A stretch of 53,250 nucleotides of DNA from Bdellovibrionales bacterium (lineage in GTDB: Bacteria; Bdellovibrionota; Bdellovibrionia; Bdellovibrionales; UBA1609): the NCBI GenBank assembly GCA_031412575.1, contig JANODG010000003.1, positions 1-53,250 on the forward strand, written 5' to 3'. A program made the translations under genes and the position numbers. Shown here piece after piece: positions 1-9,219 of the stretch; within the stretch, counting starts at the first letter, position 1; each line of letters begins with the position of its first letter. The notes under the pieces were generated by a model, which was not told where the DNA came from, did not search any database, and worked only from the letters and a program-made list of their open reading frames with translations.

Positions 1-573
1 CATTGAAGCCGCTAATTGCTGAAGAACAAAACCTTTAACTTTAAGTCCCGCCTGCTCGACACACTTCAACGCATTCGGAAAAAATGATTTATTCCCCGTG
101 ATCATGTGCACATCAACTTCTAAACGCACACCACGAATACCCAGTGGGTTTCTAATTCCACGATAACCATCAATAAAAAATTCTTTTGGCAAAACGTGAA
201 GTACTTGCTGATCATCAGGAAGTACAACCGATTGAGCCGTTTTAATCACACGTTCTAAATCGGATTTAGTCACTTCACCGGATTCAATGGCTAACATTCC
301 GTTAGAATCTACAGAGCGAACATGCATTCCACCACAGCTCACCCATGCAGAAGAGACATATCTTCCCGACATAGATTCTGCGGCTTCTTTCGCAGCCTTG
401 ATAGCTTCAGTAGTCTTGGCTATATCGACAATCGATCCATACTTGATACCTTTGTTGACCGCTTGACCAAGACCGATAATTTTAAATTCTTCAGGAGTAG
501 CTTCTGCTAAAATTGCTGTGACATGTGTTGATCCGATGTCTAATCCGAAGATAAGAGATTTGTGATTTGACAT
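1..573 (-). CDS. ftsA: Cell division protein FtsA, N-terminal 191 codons (3' end lies beyond window start)
   Basis: Absent from the ORF track because it is open at the window edge. My minus-strand translation from ATG (complement of 571-573) reads MSNHKSLIFGLDIGSTHVTAILAEATPEEFKIIGLGQ..., with the actin-fold phosphate-1 motif DIGS. It follows ftsQ in dcw order. Confidence 0.9.
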   Translation of the reverse strand, partial: MSNHKSLIFGLDIGSTHVTAILAEATPEEFKIIGLGQAVNKGIKYGSIVDIAKTTEAIKAAKEAAESMSGRYVSSAWVSCGGMHVRSVDSNGMLAIESGEVTKSDLERVIKTAQSVVLPDDQQVLHVLPKEFFIDGYRGIRNPLGIRGVRLEVDVHMITGNKSFFPNALKCVEQAGLKVKGFVLQQLAASM

Positions 574-864
574 CTGGTTTGGTATCCAAGATTCCATTTT
601 TTGCCTTTTTGCTGCCTAGTCTGTTTATATTTGTCTTAAGTTTTAACTTTAAGATTTTACATAAGATGTGTATCTAAAAAGTGATCTAGCTTTTGCAATC
701 TTAAGAATATGAATTCCCAACACGCGCTACTAAATCGTAAATTTTAAATCTGGCCATGAACGAAATAAAAATCTAGACCAGACTCAAGACCTATAGTGTA
801 TAGGTTAGGAAGCTCAACGCCTATAGACAAGTGTTTTTTTAATCTATTCAAGGGTTTAACGCGC

Positions 865-1596
865 TTAATCTTTTTTAGCTTTGGGTCTGACTAAAATTTT
901 TTGCACGTGTTGTGCATCTATGAATTCGGGAGTTATGTTTTCTTTTTTTAAGTAGGCAATCACATTTGAAATGCGCTGGATCTGAGTGTCAGTATTCATA
1001 TCACTCAAATAAACTTTAAATCCCTCTGATAACAATACGGAAATCCCGCGAGCATCAATATTCAAATCGGAAACAGCGCTGATAGGTATTGGAGAATCTG
1101 CATGTTCAAAAGCCTGAAGGATTTTAATCGTCTTTCCTTTTATTTTTTCGTTTTTAAATAAATCTTCAGATCTCAAGATCGGCAAGTCTAAAGTCTGGCT
1201 TTGACCCACCTTACGAAGTACAGCGCCCTTTTTATTGATCAAGTACCACTGATTGTATTTAAACATCATGAATTTCGGCTCGGAAAGATAGGCTTTAATT
1301 TTAAAAGGTTCTTTGTGATCCCAAGCCCATCTTGCATCTTCTAAAAAATTTAAGTCAGACAACTTATTAAAAATACTTGAGAATTCTGAAACAAAGTTTT
1401 TTGAACTTAGACTGCCGGAAAAGGACTGGCTGATTCTTTCAAACTCTTTTAATTGCTGCGGAGTAAGCGACCATTGATCATGGGCCACCAATTCAACTTT
1501 TGGTTCTAAGCTCATGGTTTTTTTGATTTCAAAGCCACATATCGCAAACACAAGAAGAGTTAAGCCCAAAATAAGAATTCTTTTTATTAGCTTCAT
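865..1596 (-). CDS. ftsQ: Cell division protein FtsQ/DivIB-like (N-terminal TM helix plus periplasmic domain)
   Basis: 243-aa ORF with the TM helix ILILGLTLLVFAICGF. Size and position immediately upstream of ftsA fit FtsQ. The sequence is weakly conserved, so the call rests mostly on synteny. Confidence 0.7.
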   Translation of the reverse strand: MKLIKRILILGLTLLVFAICGFEIKKTMSLEPKVELVAHDQWSLTPQQLKEFERISQSFSGSLSSKNFVSEFSSIFNKLSDLNFLEDARWAWDHKEPFKIKAYLSEPKFMMFKYNQWYLINKKGAVLRKVGQSQTLDLPILRSEDLFKNEKIKGKTIKILQAFEHADSPIPISAVSDLNIDARGISVLLSEGFKVYLSDMNTDTQIQRISNVIAYLKKENITPEFIDAQHVQKILVRPKAKKD

Positions 1597-1988
1597 TCTC
1601 TAAGTTTAATCTTTGAGCATAAGTTTTGACAATGCGGCCGAAGGGCTTGGTAGGAAATTTAAGCAGAATTGCACTTTTAAGGACAAAAGCAAAAAACTGC
1701 TAGAAAATAAGGGCCATTAAAATAGGGTCTTGTTCATGAATTCTATTTGAAGGGTACTACCATTCCAAGATTCGAAAATGATAAAAATAAACAGAAGCAG
1801 CCGACAAAAGAGCGGAAATTATAGCATCAACAAATTCTATTAAATTTAAAAATTCCTATACGATAGTTCCTATAACTTTATGGCAACAACTTTTTAATTT
1901 TGAAACAATAGTTTAATCTTCGATCAAATTTTTTATTGCAATTAGTCTTATTTAAGGAAGAGTATTAATTATGGAATAGGAAGGACGT

Positions 1989-2525
1989 ATGAAGACGTTG
2001 AGAAACATTTCGTTAATTATATTAACAATATTCTTGATACTTAATAATATAACGTATGAATTTTCTGAGTTTTGCGAAGAATATGATAAAAGGGGAATCA
2101 TTTTTTTTCCAAAAAAACTTAAATGTTTGTTTTCGTCTACCTATAGAGATGAATTATTATCAAAAGACATAGTTAATTTCACCAAACTTGTAGAAAAGTT
2201 AAAAGTCGATAATTTTGGAGAGCTTTATTTTGAATCTGGAAAGAAACCAGAAAATGCTAAAAAGTATGTAGAAATAACTTCAATTTATTATGAGAAAATC
2301 TACGCTATCTTTGGAACGGTTAAAATTAAAAATTGCACGATCGATATTAATAACTTTGATGATATTACAAGGGGAGTAATATTTTGTCCAGACGAAGGCT
2401 CATTGAACGAAGGTTTTGAATTTTTACTAAGCGAAATTAAATTGACAGAACGACCAACAATTCCATTTAAAATTGTTAGAGCTTTTTTGAGATACGACGA
2501 AAGACTGCAACCGACGTTTAAATAA
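1989..2525 (+). CDS. Hypothetical exported/anchored protein
   Basis: 178-aa ORF with an N-terminal hydrophobic segment (ISLIILTIFLILNN). It is on the opposite strand to the dcw genes, in a visibly more AT-rich stretch. I recognise no motif. Confidence 0.45.
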   Translation: MKTLRNISLIILTIFLILNNITYEFSEFCEEYDKRGIIFFPKKLKCLFSSTYRDELLSKDIVNFTKLVEKLKVDNFGELYFESGKKPENAKKYVEITSIYYEKIYAIFGTVKIKNCTIDINNFDDITRGVIFCPDEGSLNEGFEFLLSEIKLTERPTIPFKIVRAFLRYDERLQPTFK

Positions 2526-2722
2526 GCTTACTTGCATCCGATTAAGGTAATTGTAAGCCATCCATCTATTTTGTTAGTGAGATTATTTTAAGTTTGCAAA
2601 TAATTCTCGAGATGGAGAACTTTCAATTGTATTAAGGCCAACGTTTTTCAAATTATGCAACGCTATGAAAGTGCAGATATACAAAAGACATTGAAACTAC
2701 ATGCTTTAAAAGTCGTAAATCA

Positions 2723-3268
2723 TCAAACCTGTACAGATATCTTTTTCCAATGATTTTTAAAATTATCTAAATATTCTTCACGTTTTCTGTACCCCCTTTG
2801 TCTTTCGATACGATTCGCTTGAAAGTAAGCCTTAAGCCCTAACATTTCAAAAGACGAAGTCAGCACCCTTGTAAACACTAATCCATCCCAGAATTTACCG
2901 AACTTAAATCCTTTTCTAGCTTTAGTGATTTTTCGGGCTAAAAGCGCGGAAAATGTTCTTAGGAAGTTTTTAAAAAATATTGGGTTTTTGAATCTTACTT
3001 TTAAATGCAAATGATTACCCATGTTTACAAAATCTAAGATTTCTATGAAATATTTTTTTGATCTTTCTTGCAGAACTGACTTTACTAAAAGTCGGTTTTT
3101 GTAAAAACTTAAATTATCTTTAGCTTTTGAAGACTTAAAAACCACGTGTGTGATTTTGCCGGGTACGATTGGACGCGCAACTTTTCGTTTAGATTTTTTA
3201 AGTACACCACCATGAGATAGCATCTTAAAAGACTTTAATTTATTTTTTGGGTCAAGACTCAATTGCAT
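2723..3268 (-). CDS. IS200/IS605-superfamily (COG1943) HUH Y1 transposase-like protein, RAYT-like
   Basis: HUH motif in GNHLHLKV, preceded by ITHVVFKS. FWDGLVFTRV and the C-terminal tyrosine motif YFQANRIE match the layout of single-domain Y1 transposases and REP-associated tyrosine transposases. No IS ends are evident in the flanks. Confidence 0.6.
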   Translation of the reverse strand: MQLSLDPKNKLKSFKMLSHGGVLKKSKRKVARPIVPGKITHVVFKSSKAKDNLSFYKNRLLVKSVLQERSKKYFIEILDFVNMGNHLHLKVRFKNPIFFKNFLRTFSALLARKITKARKGFKFGKFWDGLVFTRVLTSSFEMLGLKAYFQANRIERQRGYRKREEYLDNFKNHWKKISVQV

Positions 3269-3616
3269 TGGGGCAATATAATTTTGTTATCTAAATCATG
3301 CAATTAAAAACACTTCGTGTTAAATAAAATTTATTAACCATTGATGAAGTAAGTGAACAATTTTTCGTGATTAAAATTTTAGTTCTTGTATTACTTGCAG
3401 ACTTTTAAAGAACTTATTTTAACGAATGAATTTCCTATTGCTGAAGTCGAAGCTTTTAAAACAACAATAGTTTATATTCAAAAAAAGAAAATGGATTTTG
3501 AAATAAATAATAGAGGAATAAAAAAATAAAGGATATAAAGGATTACAAATTTTTTATAAGAACGATTTAGTCAAACTTGATTTTTCCCCGATAGAGATAA
3601 ACAGGAGCTAATGTTC

Positions 3617-4147
3617 TCAAAAATATTCCGGAGGTTTAAAACCGGATTTAAATATTTTTCGCTGCTGAATATTACTTTTAAACATACAAGTGGTTGTTTT
3701 GTGATTTTGAAATTCTGATGGTAATTCTGCAAATCCTAATTTTTCGTAAAAGAATTTATCAATATCTGAATAAAGAAAAATGATACAGTCTTTGCTTTCG
3801 AACATAAGCTTATCCACGACCATTTTTAAAATTGTAGAACCATAACCGCACCCACGAAGTGGTACCGAGACTGCGATAGAGCCAATACCAAAAGTTATAT
3901 CATCAAATTTATAGACAATTAAGGACGCCATAAGGTGACTAGTTTGAGCTAAATTTACATCTATGCTATCGGCCAGCATTTTATTTTTCGAATTTTTCAC
4001 TAAAACTTTAAACTGGCCACTTTTATATTTTTCAGAATTATGACATATCAGTAAATACTCTTTTTCATCTAGACCATCTGACCAAACGTCATAGCCCATC
4101 ATAAAAATTTCATTCATTTCGGATTTTTTTGAATTTCTGAGGATCAA
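3617..4147 (-). CDS. GNAT-family N-acetyltransferase
   Basis: Acetyl-CoA binding motif A (VPLRGCGYGSTILKMV) sits in a 176-aa protein of typical GNAT size. The gene starts 6 nt after the ddl stop. Confidence 0.7.
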   Translation of the reverse strand: MILRNSKKSEMNEIFMMGYDVWSDGLDEKEYLLICHNSEKYKSGQFKVLVKNSKNKMLADSIDVNLAQTSHLMASLIVYKFDDITFGIGSIAVSVPLRGCGYGSTILKMVVDKLMFESKDCIIFLYSDIDKFFYEKLGFAELPSEFQNHKTTTCMFKSNIQQRKIFKSGFKPPEYF

Positions 4148-4153
4148 TTTGCT

Positions 4154-5062
4154 CTATCCAGCGTCCAAAGTCGCTTTGTCGATCAACAAACGAATGATGT
4201 CTGTAAACTTATATCCGGCATGTTTAGCGGCCTTTGGTAACAAAGACGTTGGTGTCATACCAGGAAGAGTATTCACTTCAAGGGTAAAAATATTTTCGTC
4301 CTTATCCAACATAAAATCGACACGGGCGTAAGCGCGAAGTTCGAAGTGATTAAATATTTTTTCAGAATAAGATTTTAGAATTTTTATAGTTTCGGGCTTT
4401 AGGGGTGAAGGAATGATGTAATCTGTTTTACCGGCAGTGTATTTATTTTCGTAATTATAAAATCCCTCTTTGGGCTTAATTAAAATGGGTTCTAAAGCTT
4501 CACCGTTTAAAAGTCCAACGGTAACATCATGACCTACGATGAACTGCTCTACGATCAGTTCAGAGAACTTCTTTAAAGCCTCGTTTAAATTTTTTAAATA
4601 CTCGCTTTCGTTTTGACAAATATAAACACCAACACTTGAACCGTCTTGATTAGGTTTAATTAATGCCGGGTAACTTTGAGGGCGTTGGTATTCCTCCGCT
4701 TTTAAATTCTTTTTTCTTAAAATTAAAAATCCTTCAGGTGTGGGAATATTTAAAATTTTAAATTGCTGTTTAGATTTTTCTTTATGAAAAGCCAAGGCCG
4801 AAGCCAGAACACCACTGCCTGAGTAGGGCAACTTTAAATACTCACATAAACTTTGAACAATTCCGTCTTCTCCGTATCTGCCATGAAGTGCAATTAAGAC
4901 TAATCTAAATTTTCTGGATTTTAGATTTTCTACAAGATGATTATCTGCTTCGAAAACTTCAAAGCGCTCGTTCATTTCGGTCAGCGCATCTTGAATAGCT
5001 TTTGATGTGACACGACTAACTGCGGCTTCCGAACTCGGTCCACCTTGAATAACTGCGATCAT
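4154..5062 (-). CDS. ddl: D-alanine--D-alanine ligase
   Basis: ALHGRYGEDGIVQSLCEYLKLPYSGSG and an ATP-grasp C-terminal half (EVNTLPGMT). dcw context. Confidence 0.95.
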   Translation of the reverse strand: MIAVIQGGPSSEAAVSRVTSKAIQDALTEMNERFEVFEADNHLVENLKSRKFRLVLIALHGRYGEDGIVQSLCEYLKLPYSGSGVLASALAFHKEKSKQQFKILNIPTPEGFLILRKKNLKAEEYQRPQSYPALIKPNQDGSSVGVYICQNESEYLKNLNEALKKFSELIVEQFIVGHDVTVGLLNGEALEPILIKPKEGFYNYENKYTAGKTDYIIPSPLKPETIKILKSYSEKIFNHFELRAYARVDFMLDKDENIFTLEVNTLPGMTPTSLLPKAAKHAGYKFTDIIRLLIDKATLDAG

Positions 5063-5076
5063 AAATTCCCCAATGA

Positions 5077-6006
5077 TTAATTATCTAAATGTTCCCATGG
5101 ACCTAAATAAACAACCTCAGTATGTAGAGAAACTTGATTTTTTTCAAAGACTTTGGCCTTCACATGTTCAATAACTCTATGTATGTCCTGTGATGTCGCA
5201 TTACCTGTGTTCACAATAAAGTTAGCGTGTTTATACGAAACTTGCGCTCCGCCGATCTGAAATCCTTTTAAACCTAAACTTTCAATCAACTGACCCGATT
5301 TATAATTGGGTGGGTTCACAAAAACGGATCCGCAACTGGGTTTGTCCCAAGGCTGTTTAAGCTTTCTATTGTTGATTGCTGTCTTTACTTTTTCTGCCAT
5401 GTCTTCGACGGGCTTCATGGGATACGACAAAACTACTTCAAAAATAAATCCAGGCTGCCAATTCTTTGAAGATCGATACGACCAAACCAAATCTTGACCT
5501 TGCAATTCTTTAATTTCAAATTTGGAATCATCCCAAGATAAGACTTTGATCGACTTTACGATTTCACAAAACTCTCGAGGTTCTATGGCTTCGCCAACGC
5601 CGGCATTCATCACAACCCCACCGCCCACATCCCCAGGAATTCCTGACAAAAATAATGCAGGAGATAAGTTATATTTTAAAAACTGGCGCATCACTTTATA
5701 TTTTAAGGCCCCGGCCTGACATTTTAAGACTAACTCATTTTGATCTGACACAACTTCGACGTCTTGAAATTTTTTAGAACATAAAACTAAACCGTGAAAT
5801 CCATCATCGCTGATTAAGGCGTTTGAACCTTGACCTAAAAAACACAAAGGCATATTTTTGGAATTCGCCCATAGTATACAGTCTTTATATTGGTCCAAAT
5901 TTTCGGGTACGGCAAAAAATTGAGCTAAACCACCCGTCTTCCAAGTGTTGTAAGATTTTAAACTTACATTTTCTTGAATCAAGCTTGGTTTCGAAATTTC
6001 TGCCAT
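5077..6006 (-). CDS. murB: UDP-N-acetylenolpyruvoylglucosamine reductase
   Basis: FAD-binding N-terminus (SLKSYNTWKTGGLAQFF, GQGSNALISD), GIPGDVGGGVVMNAG and SCGSVFVNP motifs. Confidence 0.95.
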   Translation of the reverse strand: MAEISKPSLIQENVSLKSYNTWKTGGLAQFFAVPENLDQYKDCILWANSKNMPLCFLGQGSNALISDDGFHGLVLCSKKFQDVEVVSDQNELVLKCQAGALKYKVMRQFLKYNLSPALFLSGIPGDVGGGVVMNAGVGEAIEPREFCEIVKSIKVLSWDDSKFEIKELQGQDLVWSYRSSKNWQPGFIFEVVLSYPMKPVEDMAEKVKTAINNRKLKQPWDKPSCGSVFVNPPNYKSGQLIESLGLKGFQIGGAQVSYKHANFIVNTGNATSQDIHRVIEHVKAKVFEKNQVSLHTEVVYLGPWEHLDN

Positions 6007-6023
6007 TTAATGTATCCTTAAAA

Positions 6024-7397
6024 TTACGAGTAAAATTTTGGTGTAAGCTGGTTAATGCTTCCCGCTCCTAATACAATAACAACATCATCTGCTTTTAAGC
6101 TCGGTTGAATTTTCGCACACACCACATCTAAATCACCTGAAACCCATTCTGCTATTTTTGAACTGGATTCCAAACTAAAAATCTTTGAAATTCCTAAAAC
6201 TAAATTTTCAGTATTCACACCATCAATGGGAATTTCGCCGGCAGAATAAATATCTGTAATATAAATAATATCACAGCGATTAAAACATCCTAAAAATTGC
6301 TCCCAGCAGGATTGCACCCTGGAAAATCTATGAGGTTGAAAAATCCCAATTATTCTTTGATTAGGATATCTTTCTTTGACCGCTTCAAGCACATGGTACA
6401 CTTCAGTAGGGTGGTGAGCGTAGTCATCAATAAAAACCATTGGGATTTTAGTCTGTGGGTGAATTTGAAATCTTCGTCCAACACCTTCAAACGACTCCAC
6501 ACCTTTGGCTGCAGTTTGAAAATCCAAACCTAAACCGTCGATGCCCACAATCAAGCTGGCTAAAGAATTTAAGCCATTGTGTTTGCCCGGAAGACTGGAT
6601 TTAAAGTCACCAATCATTTTTTGATTATGATAAACTTCAAAAACAGAATCACCTTTGGATTTCAAAACATAATCACAATCTTCGCTAAATCCATAAGAAA
6701 TAGATTTTTTTGGGTAATCCGAAAAAATTTCTCTTAAGTCGTTGTCGTCGCCGCAATAAACAAGTCGTCCGTAAAATGGAATTTTATCTGCGAAATTTCT
6801 ATAAGCTAATTTTAAATTTTCGTAGGTGCCATAAAAATCTAAATGATCATTATCAACATTCGTGATGATGGCAATTTCTGGAGAGAGCTTATCAAACGAA
6901 CCGTCGCTTTCATCAGCTTCAGCCACTAACCAATCCCCTTGTCCCCATTTCACGTTTGAATTTAATTTTTTAACAACTCCACCAACGACAACTGTAGGAT
7001 CAAGTCCCGCTTCCATAAGCATGGAAGCCACAAGGCTTGTGGTTGTTGTTTTGCCATGCGTGCCAGCTACTGCGATACCTCGTCGAAGACGCATAAGTTC
7101 TGCCAAAGCTTCTGCACGTCTGATCAAAGGAATTTTATTTTTGAGTGCATATATATATTCTGGATTGGATTTTGAGATAGCACTTGAATACACAACCACA
7201 TCAGGTGTTCCCACATTTTCCTGGTCATGACCTATGTGAACCGTAATTCCTAAATTTCTTAAGTGTGTTGTCATCGATCCTTCTTTGACATCACTTCCAG
7301 AAACTTTTGCACCCAGTGAAAATAAAACTTCAGCCAGGCCACTCATGCCTATGCCGCCCACACCAATAAAATGAAATGTATTTGCAACGATTTTCAA
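6024..7397 (-). CDS. murC: UDP-N-acetylmuramate--L-alanine ligase
   Basis: HFIGVGGIGMSGLAEVL and the Mur ligase P-loop VAGTHGKTTTTSL. The longest ORF reaches 7442. TTG at 7395-7397 has AAGGAA 7 nt upstream and gives a normal N-terminus (LKIVANTFHFIGVGG), so I prefer it. Confidence 0.93.
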   Translation of the reverse strand: MKIVANTFHFIGVGGIGMSGLAEVLFSLGAKVSGSDVKEGSMTTHLRNLGITVHIGHDQENVGTPDVVVYSSAISKSNPEYIYALKNKIPLIRRAEALAELMRLRRGIAVAGTHGKTTTTSLVASMLMEAGLDPTVVVGGVVKKLNSNVKWGQGDWLVAEADESDGSFDKLSPEIAIITNVDNDHLDFYGTYENLKLAYRNFADKIPFYGRLVYCGDDNDLREIFSDYPKKSISYGFSEDCDYVLKSKGDSVFEVYHNQKMIGDFKSSLPGKHNGLNSLASLIVGIDGLGLDFQTAAKGVESFEGVGRRFQIHPQTKIPMVFIDDYAHHPTEVYHVLEAVKERYPNQRIIGIFQPHRFSRVQSCWEQFLGCFNRCDIIYITDIYSAGEIPIDGVNTENLVLGISKIFSLESSSKIAEWVSGDLDVVCAKIQPSLKADDVVIVLGAGSINQLTPKFYS

Positions 7398-7474
7398 AAA
7401 CAGATTCCTTAAATAGATAATGTCGAAGCAAGCGAAAACCAAAATAAAGTTCGTCTTGAATTCAGAACATAAAT

Positions 7475-8593
7475 TTAAATGTTAGTAAAATCCTCGACCA
7501 TATTGTACGTGGCTTTGGGTTTAAAAAAAGCTAACATTTTCTGACTGATTTGTCTTTGTTCAGCTAAAGGTTTATGCCTGAAGCTATTTAAAAAATCTAT
7601 AATGGACTGAACTGACAAGTTCTTTTCTTCGATAAGGCCTGCAGCCCCTCTTTGGCTTAAAGCTAAAGCATTTTTGTACTGATGATTGTCTGATGCTAAG
7701 GCAAATGGCACAAAAAGACAGTTTGAACCTAATGCGGCAAGTTCAGCCAAGGCGCCTGCCCCCGACCGACAAATTATCACGTCCGAGGCTAAATAAAAAT
7801 CTATGATAGGATCCAAAAAGGGCAAAACTGTAAGATTAGAAATGGTCGGATGACCTGACATTTGAGCGATAGATTTTTGTGTAGAGTCAAAGTTTTTTAA
7901 ACCCGTTTGCAATGTAAAATGAAAATCGGGATTTGCTAAGGCGACCTTTGGTATTAAATCATTTAAAACTTTAGCGCCTTGGCTTCCACCAAAAACGAGT
8001 ACATTGAGTGACTGTGGTTTAGAATTTAATTCAGTTTGTGATCGGTTAGCTTCTTCATATCGCAGATCAAAATCGTGCCTAACCGGATAACCGAAACATT
8101 TTGTTTTATCATTAGGGAAAAACTTTAAGCTCTCTTCAAAAACGACATAACATCGTTTGACTACTTTTGATAAAAGCTTATTAGCAATTCCGGGCTGAAC
8201 GTTGGCTTCCCAAACAGCAGTTTTAAAAAATAAAATTGAGGCGATAAATACAATGGGGCCCGAAGCGTATCCGCCAAACCCCATAACACGTTGGGGGCGA
8301 AACGTGATTAAAATCCATAAGCAATGAAGAAAAACGAAAGGAAGAGTAAGAACTGTTTTTATCTGTTCCGCACGACCAACACTTGAATGTAAAGGACCAA
8401 TTTTTAATTTATAAAGTTCGTAACCTTTGTCTGGAATTATTTTTGACTCTAAGCCACGCTGACTGCCGACAAATCTTATGTTCACACCTGGATTTTGTTT
8501 CTTAAATTCTTCAGCCAAAGCTAAGGCGGGATAAATGTGTCCGCCTGTTCCACCGCCTGCTAATAAAATTCTCTTCAAAGGTGTTCGTTTCAT
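7475..8593 (-). CDS. murG: UDP-GlcNAc:lipid I N-acetylglucosaminyltransferase
   Basis: N-terminal GGTGGHIYPALALAEE motif, 372 aa, dcw context. Confidence 0.95.
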   Translation of the reverse strand: MKRTPLKRILLAGGGTGGHIYPALALAEEFKKQNPGVNIRFVGSQRGLESKIIPDKGYELYKLKIGPLHSSVGRAEQIKTVLTLPFVFLHCLWILITFRPQRVMGFGGYASGPIVFIASILFFKTAVWEANVQPGIANKLLSKVVKRCYVVFEESLKFFPNDKTKCFGYPVRHDFDLRYEEANRSQTELNSKPQSLNVLVFGGSQGAKVLNDLIPKVALANPDFHFTLQTGLKNFDSTQKSIAQMSGHPTISNLTVLPFLDPIIDFYLASDVIICRSGAGALAELAALGSNCLFVPFALASDNHQYKNALALSQRGAAGLIEEKNLSVQSIIDFLNSFRHKPLAEQRQISQKMLAFFKPKATYNMVEDFTNI

Positions 8594-8621
8594 AATTTCA
8601 TCCGCCCGATAGATTATGAAA

Positions 8622-9191
8622 TCATAAAAACTTTTGTTCTACAATATATCTCCAAGGCAATAGCGCATCTTCTTCCGCGTAACCAATCCCGATTCTTGGG
8701 GTTGCAGTGTAATTTAATTTTCGTCCATGGTCTTCAAACCAGATGTACTGACTTTCATAAAGTTTATCCCCATTATGATTTACTTTTATTCCCAAGGCCT
8801 GACTTAATTTCCCAGGTCCCGAGGCCAGATCCTGAGATCCTTTTCGTCTTGAGCTTTGGATCTTTAATCCTTCATAAGGTAATACGGCACGGACTAAAAC
8901 AGCCTGTGGCCAATCTTTGGGGCCAGTGATGATATTGAATAAGTGGTGTATCCCGTAACATAGATAAATGTAAGCAAGTCCACCTTCTTCATAAAAAATC
9001 TCAGTTCGCGGAGTTCTTTTTTCCTTGTAGGCATGACAAGCTTTATCTTTAAACCCGCAATAAGCTTCTGTCTCGATAATGATTCCAGATGTATATTGCC
9101 CATCGAAGTTCGTGACTAAGGTTTTACCTAACAGCTTTTGGGCGACTTCATTGACATCTGGATTTTCGAAAAAATGTTTATCAAGTCTCAT
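8622..9191 (-). CDS. mpg: 3-methyladenine (alkylpurine) DNA glycosylase, AAG/Mpg family
   Basis: VAQKLLGKTLV, IIETEAYCG, HAYKEKRTPRTEIFY, GLAYIYLCYGIHHLFNI, VLVRAV and GPGKLSQALGI match the Mpg family along the full length. Confidence 0.9.
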   Translation of the reverse strand: MRLDKHFFENPDVNEVAQKLLGKTLVTNFDGQYTSGIIIETEAYCGFKDKACHAYKEKRTPRTEIFYEEGGLAYIYLCYGIHHLFNIITGPKDWPQAVLVRAVLPYEGLKIQSSRRKGSQDLASGPGKLSQALGIKVNHNGDKLYESQYIWFEDHGRKLNYTATPRIGIGYAEEDALLPWRYIVEQKFL

Positions 9192-9219
9192 GTAAATTTA
9201 GCGCTTTTCCAAAAGAATA

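Noticed and set aside
789-827. ACCTATAGTGTATAGGT palindrome plus a third CCTATAG copy in the ftsQ-ftsA spacer, as a terminator
   Set aside because: The stem is 7 bp and AT-rich, with a 3-nt loop. No U-tract follows it on the dcw strand. That is too weak to call a terminator, though it may be a minor regulatory site.
6862-7230. Antisense or alternative-frame ORFs inside well-supported genes (also 5306-5497, 5522-5719, 8696-8929, 12013-12411, 15433-15723, 17401-17697, 25203-25477, 42843-43133 and 48365-48682, among others)
   Set aside because: Each is fully nested in a strongly supported CDS on the other strand or frame. They have low-complexity or odd composition and no start context, so I treat them as spurious.
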